A stretch of 64,000 bases of DNA from Patescibacteria group bacterium (GCA_041650895.1 JBAZKF010000001.1:145685-209684), one strand, 5' to 3'; numbered from the stretch's first letter, positions 27,833-38,216 are shown. Translations and numbers: made by a program. The notes: a model not told the origin generated them from the sequence alone.

Positions 27833-29251
27833 ATGACAAAAAAAATACTGCTAATTAACCCTGCCCAGTTTCAACCGATCGCCGCCAATCAGCCAGAAAT
27901 CTACGACAAAGAAATAGATTACCTGCCGTCATTGGGAATTTTATATTTGGCTTCCTATTTGAAAAAATTCGGTAATCATGAAATCAAAATTGCGGATTGC
28001 GGCGTAGAAAATATCAGTTACGACGGAATTGGCGATATCGCCAAAGATTTTAAACCGGATATAGTCGGTATAACCGCTTTAACTTTCGTCCTATTAGACG
28101 TCATAGCCATTATTAAAGCGATCAAAACGTCATTTCCCGGGACTTTAATCGTTCTAGGCGGTCCTCATCCGAATTTATACCCCAATGAAACCATTAACCT
28201 GCCCGGAGTGGATTTCATTGTCCTGGGCGAAGGCGAAAAACCGTTTAAGGAGTTGATTGATAATATTGATGATCGCGAAAAATTAAAAACAACACCTGGA
28301 TTGATCTTTAAACTTAATGGAGAAATAATCAACACCGGCCATTGCGAATTAATCAGCAATTTGGACGAATTGCCTTTTCCAGCTCGACAACTGACAAAAT
28401 ATGACAAGTATTTTTCTATCATCGCGCAAAAATCTCCGGTTACCACTATGTTCACTTCTCGCGGCTGTCCTTACCGCTGCCTGTTTTGCGATCGGCCGTA
28501 TTTAGGGAAAATTTTCCGCGCTCGCAGCGCCAAAAACGTCGTTGATGAAATGGCAGAGATTAAAAAAATGGGGATTGAAGAAATCTTCATCTATGACGAC
28601 ACCTTCACCATTAATCGCCAGAGAACTATCGACATTTGCCACGAAGTAATTAACAGAAAATTAGAAATCAATTGGGATATCCGCGCTCGCGTCAATACGG
28701 TTGATGAAGAGGTGCTTCACTGGCTAAAAATAGCCGGCTGCCGGAGAATCCATTTCGGCGTTGAAGCGGGAACTCAAAAGATACTTGATATACTCAAAAA
28801 AGATATCACGCTGGAGATGGTGGAAAAAGTAATCGGCTGGACAAAAAAAGAGGGCATTGAAACCCTCGCCTACTTCATGATCGGCAATCCTTCGGAAACC
28901 TTGGCCGACATTGAACAAACAATAGCATTCGCCAAAAAGATTGATCCGGATTATATTAATGTTTCTATTACCACTCCTTTCCCGGGCACCCAGTTATACG
29001 ATCAGGCTCTGGAAACAGGCATCATCAAAAGCGATGTCTGGAGGGAATTCGCGGCCAACCCTTCAACGCAATTCATTCCGCCGTTATGGACGGAGAATTT
29101 CTCCCGCGACGAGCTGATCGGCTTAATGCGTCAATTCTACGGTTCTTTCTACCGACGCCCCAAATATATCATCAAAAAACTTCTGGCCGTCAAATCCTGG
29201 GGCGAGTTAGTCAGAAAAGCCAAGGCCGGCTGGCAAGTATTAAAATTCTAA
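27833..29251 (+). CDS. cobalamin-binding (class B) radical SAM enzyme, paralog 1
   Basis: N-terminal Rossmann-like B12-binding region (KILLINPAQ...GILYLASYLKK...DIVGITA), DELPFPARQL, then TSRGCPYRCLFCD (CxxxCxxC) and the radical SAM TIM core. Confidence 0.9.
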   Translation: MTKKILLINPAQFQPIAANQPEIYDKEIDYLPSLGILYLASYLKKFGNHEIKIADCGVENISYDGIGDIAKDFKPDIVGITALTFVLLDVIAIIKAIKTSFPGTLIVLGGPHPNLYPNETINLPGVDFIVLGEGEKPFKELIDNIDDREKLKTTPGLIFKLNGEIINTGHCELISNLDELPFPARQLTKYDKYFSIIAQKSPVTTMFTSRGCPYRCLFCDRPYLGKIFRARSAKNVVDEMAEIKKMGIEEIFIYDDTFTINRQRTIDICHEVINRKLEINWDIRARVNTVDEEVLHWLKIAGCRRIHFGVEAGTQKILDILKKDITLEMVEKVIGWTKKEGIETLAYFMIGNPSETLADIEQTIAFAKKIDPDYINVSITTPFPGTQLYDQALETGIIKSDVWREFAANPSTQFIPPLWTENFSRDELIGLMRQFYGSFYRRPKYIIKKLLAVKSWGELVRKAKAGWQVLKF

Positions 29252-29254
29252 AAC

Positions 29255-30682
29255 CTATTTAAGGACGTTTTTAAAAATGTTAAGTCCCAGCAGAATATCT
29301 TTCAAGTCTGCCAGGGACTTGATTTTTTTTAGCCGATAAATAATATATTTCGGACGTAAATAAAACTTAATAAAGGCTTTGCGTTTTAATTTCAGCAGGG
29401 TATCACTGCTTAAATCGGGCAAATCCATCGGCGGTATATGATTGGAGACTGAACAAAAATCACTCCAATCAAAATCTTTCCTGATGTATCCGCGAGCCTT
29501 TGCTTCTTCATACATGGGAGTTCCCGGATAAGGAATGGCAACAAAAAAGGCTGCTGTGTCCAGATCCAAGCTACAAGCAAAATCAATCGTCTGATTAACC
29601 GTCCAAGGATCTTCGTCAATATAACCAATAATGAATGCTCCGGAAACCAAGATGTCGTTTTTACGGCATAAGTCAACGGCTATTCTAGCTTGTTCCAGTG
29701 TGGCGCCCTTGCACATCTTATCTAAAATTCTCTGCGAGCCCGATTCAAAACCAAAACCGATCCTTTTACAGCCGGCCCGTCTCATTAACTTGAGCATTTC
29801 ATTATTTACCGAATCAACTCTGGCCATAACCACCCAAGAGATATCCAGCTTCCGCCGGATAATCTCTTCACAAAATTCCTTCACTCTATCTTTATTAGCC
29901 GTAAAGAGTTCGTCATGGAAATTAAAAGAAGTAGCCTGGTAATTTTTCATGCATTCTTCAATCTCGGCCAAAACATTACTCACACTCCTAGTACGATAGC
30001 GCCTTTTCCAAACTGATTCCGCCATGCAAAAACCGCAACGATAAGGACAGCCGCGGCCGGATATGATATTAATCGCCTGCCCCGAGTCCGTCGTTCTGGT
30101 CGGCGGCAAGTAATACTTTTCAACCGGCAATAAATCACGAGCCGGGAACGGTATGGTATCAAGATTATCAATCAGCGGGCGGGGTTCTGTTATTAATATT
30201 TCAGCATTATCGCGATAAGCGATGCCTTTAATCACCCCGAAATCGACTTGCTCGGATATTAAGGCGCGGATTAATTCCAAAAAAGTGACTTCCCCTTCGC
30301 CCAAGACGCAAAAATCTATTGCCGGCATACCCCGCATTGTTTCTTCGGCGGCAATTGTCGGATGTGGCCCGCCGACAATGATTTTTATTGCGGGATTAAT
30401 GACTTTTATCCGCCGCGTAATTTCTTTGAGTTGTTTATAGACAGGCGTGGGGAAAGTCAAAGCGATAAATTGCGGCATGATTTCCTTAATCTTTTCATCT
30501 ATCTGATCATAGGACATTTCCAATGCCTCACCGTCAAGAATTGTTATTTCTACTTCCTGTTCATATTGGCGCAAATAAGCCGCCAGATAAGCCAAATTAA
30601 GCGGAGCGGTTTTCCCACCCTGCCCTTCGATACCGTCATAATTAGTGAAAGGCGGATTAATCAATAAAAGTTTATACTTCAT
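29255..30682 (-). CDS. cobalamin-binding radical SAM enzyme, paralog 2
   Basis: MKYKLLLINPP..., DTIPFPARDLLP, SGRGCPYRCGFC. Confidence 0.9.
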   Translation of the reverse strand: MKYKLLLINPPFTNYDGIEGQGGKTAPLNLAYLAAYLRQYEQEVEITILDGEALEMSYDQIDEKIKEIMPQFIALTFPTPVYKQLKEITRRIKVINPAIKIIVGGPHPTIAAEETMRGMPAIDFCVLGEGEVTFLELIRALISEQVDFGVIKGIAYRDNAEILITEPRPLIDNLDTIPFPARDLLPVEKYYLPPTRTTDSGQAINIISGRGCPYRCGFCMAESVWKRRYRTRSVSNVLAEIEECMKNYQATSFNFHDELFTANKDRVKEFCEEIIRRKLDISWVVMARVDSVNNEMLKLMRRAGCKRIGFGFESGSQRILDKMCKGATLEQARIAVDLCRKNDILVSGAFIIGYIDEDPWTVNQTIDFACSLDLDTAAFFVAIPYPGTPMYEEAKARGYIRKDFDWSDFCSVSNHIPPMDLPDLSSDTLLKLKRKAFIKFYLRPKYIIYRLKKIKSLADLKDILLGLNIFKNVLK

Positions 30683-31653
30683 AAGTCGGTCTTTTTAAAA
30701 AAATTCTTTACGGGTAAAAAAATAGCAATTAAAATTAATAAATAAGCGAGACTAAACAAATGTACTATGAAACCAGAAATAATAGACGCTTCCTTATTTA
30801 AGCCTAATAGTCCGAAGCTGATAGCCCAACCTGTTTCATAAGTTCCGAAGTCCCACAATCCCTGGATAGGCAAAAAACTTATTAATTGACTAAAAATCAA
30901 ACCCAGAGTTACTTTAAGCCAGTTAAAATCTATATTTAGGGCACGGAAAAAAACTACGATCATTAAAGAAGCGGACGCCAGCCACAAGAACGAAATCAAC
31001 AAATTAGTCAAGTAAACGGGCCAGGAACGAATTGTTTTGACGCTTGTTGCAACCTCTTCCAACTTAGTAGCCAGCTTAGCGCCAAATTGAAATTTAGTCA
31101 ATCTTGCCCAATGCATTAAAATAACAACCGCTTTAACCAGCCAATCAAGGTAGAATAATATGGCAATCGTGGCTAACCCAAGCATAAAACAGCTTAGATA
31201 GATTCTATTAGGCGGAATGTAGCCGGGGTTAAGCAAAATAAAACCGATCAGAAAAGAAAAAGCCACTGCCAAAAGATCAAAAAATCTGGCTACCAACAGG
31301 ACACTAAGCCCTTCTGCTATGGCTACATTCTCACGTTTTTTTATGAAATAAACAAAACTTAACTCACCGCTTCTAAACGGCATTAAATTACAAAAAAAAG
31401 TATAACCCAAAGTAATTTTCAAGGAACTCAAAAAACTTATTTTCTTAGAAAGAATCAAGACTTGCCAGCGCCAAGCCCGCAAACAAACGCCGATAAAATA
31501 AAAAATAAACGCGATTAAAGCGTAAGTCCATGATATATTTGAAATAATATCCCTGGCTTGAGTGAAATCAATCTGAGTTAAAAGCAAACACAATAAAATT
31601 ATGGTTACGGCCAAGGAGATTGTTTTTTTGCGCTTGGTTATCTTTTTCAACAT
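30679..31653 (-). CDS. UPF0104 / LPG-synthase-TM-like flippase-like membrane protein
   Basis: 324 aa with eight TM helices. The N-terminus MLKKITKRKKTISLAVTIILLCLLL...LRAWRWQVLL is characteristic of this family, which is commonly paired with polyprenyl-phosphate GT2s. Confidence 0.6.
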   Translation of the reverse strand: MLKKITKRKKTISLAVTIILLCLLLTQIDFTQARDIISNISWTYALIAFIFYFIGVCLRAWRWQVLILSKKISFLSSLKITLGYTFFCNLMPFRSGELSFVYFIKKRENVAIAEGLSVLLVARFFDLLAVAFSFLIGFILLNPGYIPPNRIYLSCFMLGLATIAILFYLDWLVKAVVILMHWARLTKFQFGAKLATKLEEVATSVKTIRSWPVYLTNLLISFLWLASASLMIVVFFRALNIDFNWLKVTLGLIFSQLISFLPIQGLWDFGTYETGWAISFGLLGLNKEASIISGFIVHLFSLAYLLILIAIFLPVKNFFKKTDL

Positions 31654-33488
31654 TATTTTATCAAGTTAAGAAACCACATCTTGCCGGGACTGGTTTCAGC
31701 TTCTATTATTCCCGCCTGAGGCCAATCGACAATGTTTATCGCTTGGCTACTGGAGGAAATCTGCCCCGCTAATTCAGCATCATAACCAATTATATATTTT
31801 ACATTATAAACGTCAAAAGCCGACTGAAGTTTTTGCTCCTGCAATAAATGGTTGATAGTATTCGGAGAAAAATAGACAGTTGATACTCCGGTTAAATAAT
31901 TCAACAGAGGATGCAATGACCTATTGCCTACGGCCACCGCCTCTTCCGGTTTGATGGCGACACCCCAAGAACTGATTTGCTCAGCTGAATAAGCAATTTT
32001 CAAATTTATATTATTATCATATCCCCGGCCCCAATAGACATGATTAGCCTGGACTAAGCCATAAATGATTAAAAGAATAATCACCCCGCCGGCCAGCCGA
32101 CTAAATCTCTTTGCAACATAATAATCGCTGATCATCTTAGCTAAGCTCATCAAGCCCAGACTGATAAAAAGAGCAATCACCCAACCCCAATCCATTAAAT
32201 GATTGCGTGAGGCCAGAACGACGTAACTGGAAATAAAAATAGAAAACACCAGCCAACTGACAAAAAGATTGGTTAGATTCTTGTCTCGACGACTCAAGTC
32301 TTTAATACCCAATAACATTAAAATAAAAAACAGTGATCCGCCAATATACTCCAAGGCGAGAAATCGAGAAAGATGCGCCAGCAGATTATTGGATCCGACA
32401 AGAGCCCGCTCCGCCAAATTGATGGGGCGTATGCCGATATTGGCCCCCACCTTAATCAAGTCAATGCTCTTCAATAATCCTCGACCAGCTATGTCGGAAT
32501 TAAATTTGTCTAAAACCGTTTTCTGATCAAAATAAAAAGTATAGGGATCGGGGAAAAGATGGCCGTAAAAATTAAACTCAGACCAATTATTGGTTTGCGT
32601 CTCGCTGGCAAAAAACACCCTGAAATAATCATTATTACCGCTAAAACCGAATATCGCCGGCAACCAGAAAAAAGCTAATATTACAAAAAAAGGAACAAAC
32701 ACCAAACTGATGTTTCCAAGACTGCTTTTGACGGCATTGTTCCTTAAACCGGTTAAGACGGTTTTAAAACGTAACCAAATCAATCGGAAAAAAGACAAAT
32801 CCGTACGGGAATCGATAATAAGGGGTTGCTCTGAGGACTGAAAAATCAACCAAAAAAATAAAACTGGCGGAAATAAGAACATCACTTCCCGCGACAGGCA
32901 AGCTAGCGACAAAAAGACTCCGGACAAAGGCAGAAAAAAATATCTGCCCTTGACTTTACGGCCGATAAAAAACAAAACGCAAAAAACTGAAAAATACAGC
33001 ATCGCGAATTCGTAGGTGCCGATAGTTTGAACCATCTGGGAATTAAACGGCAATAAGATATAAACCAAAGAAAATATTGCGGCTATTTCCCAATCAAACA
33101 AATAAAACACGACGGCCGCAAATAAAACCAAAGCCAATGCCTGAATAATTACGGCAATGACTATTAAAGTGTTGAAATCTGGCAAGCCGATCAACTGAAA
33201 TAATGCAGCATAAGACCAGGTAGTAAACTTATTGCCCTGGGTACTGAGCTGAGCCCGCTGGCTGACTAAAGACGGCGCCAAAACGACATTGCGGCTGTCC
33301 TCCATGCCGTAAACCCCCGTTTGGACAAGATTCCTGGCCAAAATAAAATTCTCCGCTTCGGCCGGTTGGGCAGTACTGCCCTTAAAAAAAACCGGAAAAT
33401 ACCAAAAACCGGCTGCAACAAAAAAAACTACGGGCAATAAAACAAAAAGAATCGAGCTCTTAAACCTAAAATTTGGCTGTTGCGACAT
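31653..33488 (-). CDS. large polytopic membrane protein, unknown function (candidate GT-C-like glycosyltransferase or polymerase)
   Basis: 611 aa with more than 12 TM helices and a C-terminal soluble region of about 150 aa. No recognisable motif. Confidence 0.5.
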   Translation of the reverse strand: MSQQPNFRFKSSILFVLLPVVFFVAAGFWYFPVFFKGSTAQPAEAENFILARNLVQTGVYGMEDSRNVVLAPSLVSQRAQLSTQGNKFTTWSYAALFQLIGLPDFNTLIVIAVIIQALALVLFAAVVFYLFDWEIAAIFSLVYILLPFNSQMVQTIGTYEFAMLYFSVFCVLFFIGRKVKGRYFFLPLSGVFLSLACLSREVMFLFPPVLFFWLIFQSSEQPLIIDSRTDLSFFRLIWLRFKTVLTGLRNNAVKSSLGNISLVFVPFFVILAFFWLPAIFGFSGNNDYFRVFFASETQTNNWSEFNFYGHLFPDPYTFYFDQKTVLDKFNSDIAGRGLLKSIDLIKVGANIGIRPINLAERALVGSNNLLAHLSRFLALEYIGGSLFFILMLLGIKDLSRRDKNLTNLFVSWLVFSIFISSYVVLASRNHLMDWGWVIALFISLGLMSLAKMISDYYVAKRFSRLAGGVIILLIIYGLVQANHVYWGRGYDNNINLKIAYSAEQISSWGVAIKPEEAVAVGNRSLHPLLNYLTGVSTVYFSPNTINHLLQEQKLQSAFDVYNVKYIIGYDAELAGQISSSSQAINIVDWPQAGIIEAETSPGKMWFLNLIK

Positions 33489-33497
33489 AATTTAGAG

Positions 33498-34586
33498 TTA
33501 CTTTAAATGAAAATTCCCAAAAACCGCCCTAAACAAATGCCAAGGGCTCATCATAATATTAGGAAGTTGATAACAATAATGAGTACACCAACATTTCTTA
33601 TTCTTAATATCTAACCGTTGCTGTTTCGCAAGGGATGACTGCCAGGCCTTTCTAAAATCATAATCATAATCCCGCAGATTACCTATCTTGGGCAACATTT
33701 CGCAATTATACATATTACCCCAAGCGTCAATAACGGGGAAAAATAAAGCTGAGCGGCAAGGTAGGATTTGTTTTTTTTGCTTCATTATTTTTAATGCTAT
33801 CTTATGGTAATAAGCATAAAACAGCTTATTGGCCAAATCATTGGCCAATGTCTTACTCTTGAATAAAACACGGCTAAGCAATTCCTCATATTGCCCCAAA
33901 TCTACGGGTGCGATTTTTTGCGGGTCAAACGAACCGCGGATTACTTCAATCGTATGATATGTGATGCCGGGATGCTGATCAACAAAATCAATCACCGCGG
34001 CGATATTATCTTGGTTTACATTAGAAATAGTGGTATTAACACTGACCTGCAACAACTCATTAGTCTTAGCGATAGCCGTCAATTTCTCATACGTATCCAA
34101 AAAAAGCTTAAAGTTTCCAGCTATTCCTCTTACCCGATCATGCACCTCTCCGATTCCGTCCAGAGATAGGACTACTTTTAGTTTTATTGGCACGCGAACC
34201 AGTATCCTTTCGACTTGATCCGCTATCTTATCCGGCAAAAGACAATTAGTCGGTATGGCAATTTTTCTAGTGGCGCTGCAACGGTAAAAAATCTCGCAAA
34301 TTTCCGGCAAATCCGGCCGCAAAAACGGTTCACCTCCACCCAAAGTAACGCTTCTTATGTCGCCAATGGTTTGGGTAAATTTTTCTATTTCCGCTAAAGA
34401 AAGCTCCTTAGTTTCCGTGTTTATCACTTGCCAGTTAAAACACATTAGACAACGGGAGTTGCACTTGTTGGTTACTTGAAAAATTAATCCGTAAAGCGGC
34501 CATTCCCTTTTTGATAAAGAATAGAAATAGAACTTGCTTACAGGAAAATATTGTTTAATTATTTTTAATCGTTTAATAAAATCCAT
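33498..34586 (-). CDS. radical SAM protein with C-terminal SPASM/twitch-like Cys cluster
   Basis: VTNKCNSRCLMCFNW (CxxxCxxC) near the N-terminus, GGGEPFL glycine-rich SAM motif, and a C-terminal CWCTHYC cluster. Confidence 0.8.
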   Translation of the reverse strand: MDFIKRLKIIKQYFPVSKFYFYSLSKREWPLYGLIFQVTNKCNSRCLMCFNWQVINTETKELSLAEIEKFTQTIGDIRSVTLGGGEPFLRPDLPEICEIFYRCSATRKIAIPTNCLLPDKIADQVERILVRVPIKLKVVLSLDGIGEVHDRVRGIAGNFKLFLDTYEKLTAIAKTNELLQVSVNTTISNVNQDNIAAVIDFVDQHPGITYHTIEVIRGSFDPQKIAPVDLGQYEELLSRVLFKSKTLANDLANKLFYAYYHKIALKIMKQKKQILPCRSALFFPVIDAWGNMYNCEMLPKIGNLRDYDYDFRKAWQSSLAKQQRLDIKNKKCWCTHYCYQLPNIMMSPWHLFRAVFGNFHLK

Positions 34587-34589
34587 AAA

Positions 34590-35546
34590 TTAATCTAGAT
34601 TAAATAACTGCTCTAATTGGTTATTGCTGATCTTTTTTAATCGGCTATTCCTCATTCTGGCATGAAAAATATCAAATGAATTAATAATTATGGAGACAAG
34701 GCTTTTCATAAAGGGCTGGAGATCGGCGGGTTGTCTAAGGCAATGGGCGATATTAAAACGGATATTAAGAGGCAATGATCTGATCAAAAGCAATGCCGGA
34801 TAATTCCTTAGCATAATCAATAGCCGATTACGCATCCACAGGTAGACCGTCCGCTTATTGCCTATTGTCTTATTTACGGTCACGCTCAAACCATGATAGC
34901 TAACGCTGTTTGGCTGATAAACAACTTGATATCCGGCAATATTAACCCTCAACGACAAATCAGTATCTTCATAACCATGATAATATTTTTCGCAGAAACC
35001 ACCGATTTTCTCCAAAACACTGCGCCTGATAATCATGGAAGCGCTACAGGCATAAAGAACCTGCCGACGCTGATTATATTTTGGATCGCTTGATTCTGCG
35101 CCAATACCAATATCATAGCCTTTACCGCGAAACAATATACTACCGCCGGCAGCAGCGATTTTTTCCGGCATACCAGCGAAAAGAATCTTACCTACAGCCT
35201 GGCCGACATTACCATTTGAATCCATTAATCGCACCATCTCAGCCAACCAGGTTTTAGAAAGAACGGCGTCATTATCCATAGTCACTACATATTCAGCTCG
35301 GCCGGAATCAATCCCTTTATTACGCGCCGCCGCCGGACCCAGGTTAGCCTTATTCTCAATAACGGTAATTCCAGGATAGTGCCGTCGAAAATAATCCACT
35401 GAGTCATCCGGAGAATGGTCATCAACCAAAATAATATTATAGTCAATATACGTTGAATCCAACAAAGAGTCAAGGCATTTCGCGGTCAATTCCTTGTTCT
35501 TGTAATTACAAACCACAATATCAATTTTGGGATTAATTTGATTCAT
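34590..35546 (-). CDS. glycosyltransferase family 2
   Basis: IDIVVCNYKNKELTAKCLDSL ... ILVDDHSPDDS ... TMDNDA. Confidence 0.85.
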   Translation of the reverse strand: MNQINPKIDIVVCNYKNKELTAKCLDSLLDSTYIDYNIILVDDHSPDDSVDYFRRHYPGITVIENKANLGPAAARNKGIDSGRAEYVVTMDNDAVLSKTWLAEMVRLMDSNGNVGQAVGKILFAGMPEKIAAAGGSILFRGKGYDIGIGAESSDPKYNQRRQVLYACSASMIIRRSVLEKIGGFCEKYYHGYEDTDLSLRVNIAGYQVVYQPNSVSYHGLSVTVNKTIGNKRTVYLWMRNRLLIMLRNYPALLLIRSLPLNIRFNIAHCLRQPADLQPFMKSLVSIIINSFDIFHARMRNSRLKKISNNQLEQLFNLD

Positions 35547-35550
35547 AAAA

Positions 35551-36975
35551 TTACGACGGTTTCCTGTGACCTTTAAATAATTTAGGAATCGCCCTTAGCA
35601 ATTTTCGCCATAAAACTTGCGGAGCGTATAACAGTAAAAAATACGCCATCTTCAATCTGAATATAGTCGGACTTTTCGGTATCTTAAAAACAGCAGAGTA
35701 TGATTCAGTGGATAAATTAGCTATTTTCCAAGCCTTCAACCGATCCTTAGCGCTAAAATCAGCGGTTTCAAAAATCGGAATAATCTTATCCCCTGTTTTG
35801 GAAAAATGGCGGCCGAGCGCAAAATCATTCAATAATTTACCATTGTTTTTAACCCAGTCCCATAACTCCGTATGAGGATAGGGAATCAAAAAATTCCACT
35901 TAATGCCGCCGTTTAATTTTAATTGATCAAAAAACTTCACTGTTTCCCTGGTATGTCTAAGATTATCACCGGGTAGGCCGACAATAAAAAATCCCGTAAC
36001 TTTGATGCCGCTTCCCATTAATATTTTAGTGGCCCTGACAATATCTTCTAGTTTCTCACCTTTTTTTATCCGATCAAACACTTCAGGCACGCCGCTTTCT
36101 ATGCCTAAGGAGACATGACGGCAACCAGACTCATACATAGCAACGGAAAGTTCTTGGGTAATCCTGTCGGCCCTGACGCCATTGGGGCAGCCCCAGACAA
36201 GCTCCAATTTTTGGCCGGCTAATGACCGGCAAAATTGCAAAGCCCGGTTGATATCCATAGTGAAATTATCATCAACCAGTTCAAAGCTATTTATCAGGTA
36301 TTTCTCCTTGGCCAGAACTAATTCTTTAATAATATTTTCTACACTTCGGGATCTCCAATTGCGCCCACTGACAAATTTAACCGAACAATAAACGCAGTTG
36401 TAAGGACAGCCGCGGCTGGTTAGAAGCGGATAAGGTCGATCTTTAAAATATTCCCGAGGATCCAATTCTGAAAAATGATCATAATCGGGAAAACTTAATT
36501 TATCCAAATCAGTAACAAAAGAATAATGATTAACCCGGCATTCGCCACCGACTCGGTAAACCAACCCGGGAACTTCGTTGATTTGCTTTTTGCCGGATAG
36601 AAAATCAAAAAAAAGCGGCAAGGACTGTTCGGCCTCAAACTGCAAGCCATAATCAATATCGGGATTCGTCTGCAAATATTCCACCCCCAATAAACTGACA
36701 TGGGGTCCGCCGACGATAATTAAACTGTCAATCTTGCCTTTTAATTCGGCAATAAAATCGCCAATTACCGCTACGTTAGTAGACTTTACGGAGAAACCCA
36801 AAACTCTGGGATTAATTGCAATAATAAAATCTTTCAAATGATCAGGCGACCAAGCCAAAAAGTTCAAATCAATAATGTTAAAAGAGAGGCGCCCGGCAAG
36901 CGAACCGCCTAAATAGGCCAAGCCATTATTGATGTATTTATTTGTCCCCCTAACTTCAATAAGCAACAAATCCAT
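35551..36975 (-). CDS. cobalamin-binding radical SAM enzyme, paralog 3
   Basis: DKLSFPDYDHF then TSRGCPYNCVYCS; B12-binding-like N-terminal region. Confidence 0.85.
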   Translation of the reverse strand: MDLLLIEVRGTNKYINNGLAYLGGSLAGRLSFNIIDLNFLAWSPDHLKDFIIAINPRVLGFSVKSTNVAVIGDFIAELKGKIDSLIIVGGPHVSLLGVEYLQTNPDIDYGLQFEAEQSLPLFFDFLSGKKQINEVPGLVYRVGGECRVNHYSFVTDLDKLSFPDYDHFSELDPREYFKDRPYPLLTSRGCPYNCVYCSVKFVSGRNWRSRSVENIIKELVLAKEKYLINSFELVDDNFTMDINRALQFCRSLAGQKLELVWGCPNGVRADRITQELSVAMYESGCRHVSLGIESGVPEVFDRIKKGEKLEDIVRATKILMGSGIKVTGFFIVGLPGDNLRHTRETVKFFDQLKLNGGIKWNFLIPYPHTELWDWVKNNGKLLNDFALGRHFSKTGDKIIPIFETADFSAKDRLKAWKIANLSTESYSAVFKIPKSPTIFRLKMAYFLLLYAPQVLWRKLLRAIPKLFKGHRKPS

Positions 36976-36983
36976 AATAATAA

Positions 36984-38213
36984 TTATTTATCTATAAACT
37001 TATTATACCAGTCAAGAGTTTCAGCCACCTGTTTATCAAGAGAAAATTCCTTTACCACTCTTTGTCTGCCGGCTTGACCAAATTTTTTTGCCAAATCCGG
37101 ATGCTTTAACAGATCAATAATCTTGCCTGCCAGCTCCTCAGTCTTCAATGGGTTGACTATATAACCGGTCTCACCGTCAACTACGATTTCCGAAGTCCCG
37201 CCGAAGCATGTTCCCACGACCGGCTTGCCAGCTGACATGGCTTCAATATTAAACAAATTAAACGGATCAAAATAAATTGATGGCGTAACACAAACTTCCG
37301 CTGAAAAAAAAGCCAAGCCCATTTCCGAACGACTCAGCCAGCCCGTAAATAAAACCTTGTCCGTGAGCTTGGCGGCATTGCTTTTATCCATTAAGTACTC
37401 TGCGTAGCCGGTCATTTCCCCGACTATCATTAGTACCGCATTGTCAACCTCCTTTACCACCTGAATCATGGCTTCAATAATGGCGCTGCCGCCCTTGGCT
37501 TCGCTCAAACGTCCGCCGAACATAATTACTCTTTTGCCGATTAATTTGAATTTTTCCTTAAACGCTTCAATTGCCGAATCGTCCTTCTGCCAATAATCGC
37601 CGGCAATGGCGTTATGAATAGTGGCGGTGTTGGTAATGCCATTCAAAGCCAAGACATCTTTTTGTATATTAGTGATACAAAAAATCTTGTCTATATATTT
37701 GAGATAATGCCTAATCAGAACATTGCGCAAGGGGTTATATCTTTTTTTGGCGTTCCTTAAATTATCCCAGAGAGTGACTTTATAATTACAAGCGCCATTT
37801 TTTAAATTAAGTTTACCGTAATTAAAAAGCATCATATCGTGCGCCGTCAAAAAAACCGCTCGAGAATACCGACTACCGAGAAAAAACGTGTGGTAAGATA
37901 TGTGGCCGTGGACATTATGAAAATGACAAACATCGGGCTTAATCCGACTAATTATCTTTTTAAACTCAAAAATGGTTTGGGGATTGAACAAGCTAAGATA
38001 ACTAATCCAGCGATCCGGATAATGGGCGTAAATCCGATGAACTTCTATACCATCGTAAACCCCCACACCGGCCTGCTGCTTATCCTGAACGCTAGCGATA
38101 ACAAAAACACTATGGCCTAATTTTATTAAACCCTGAGCTAAATTATAAACCACTATGGACGGACCGGTATGCGTTATGGGAGGAAAATCATCAGAAACGA
38201 ATAGTATTTTCAT
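36984..38213 (-). CDS. glycosyltransferase family 4 (GT-B)
   Basis: MKILFVSDDFPP...; C-terminal FNIEAMSAGKPVVGT...GETGYIV (EX7E region). Confidence 0.85.
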   Translation of the reverse strand: MKILFVSDDFPPITHTGPSIVVYNLAQGLIKLGHSVFVIASVQDKQQAGVGVYDGIEVHRIYAHYPDRWISYLSLFNPQTIFEFKKIISRIKPDVCHFHNVHGHISYHTFFLGSRYSRAVFLTAHDMMLFNYGKLNLKNGACNYKVTLWDNLRNAKKRYNPLRNVLIRHYLKYIDKIFCITNIQKDVLALNGITNTATIHNAIAGDYWQKDDSAIEAFKEKFKLIGKRVIMFGGRLSEAKGGSAIIEAMIQVVKEVDNAVLMIVGEMTGYAEYLMDKSNAAKLTDKVLFTGWLSRSEMGLAFFSAEVCVTPSIYFDPFNLFNIEAMSAGKPVVGTCFGGTSEIVVDGETGYIVNPLKTEELAGKIIDLLKHPDLAKKFGQAGRQRVVKEFSLDKQVAETLDWYNKFIDK

Positions 38214-38216
38214 AGT

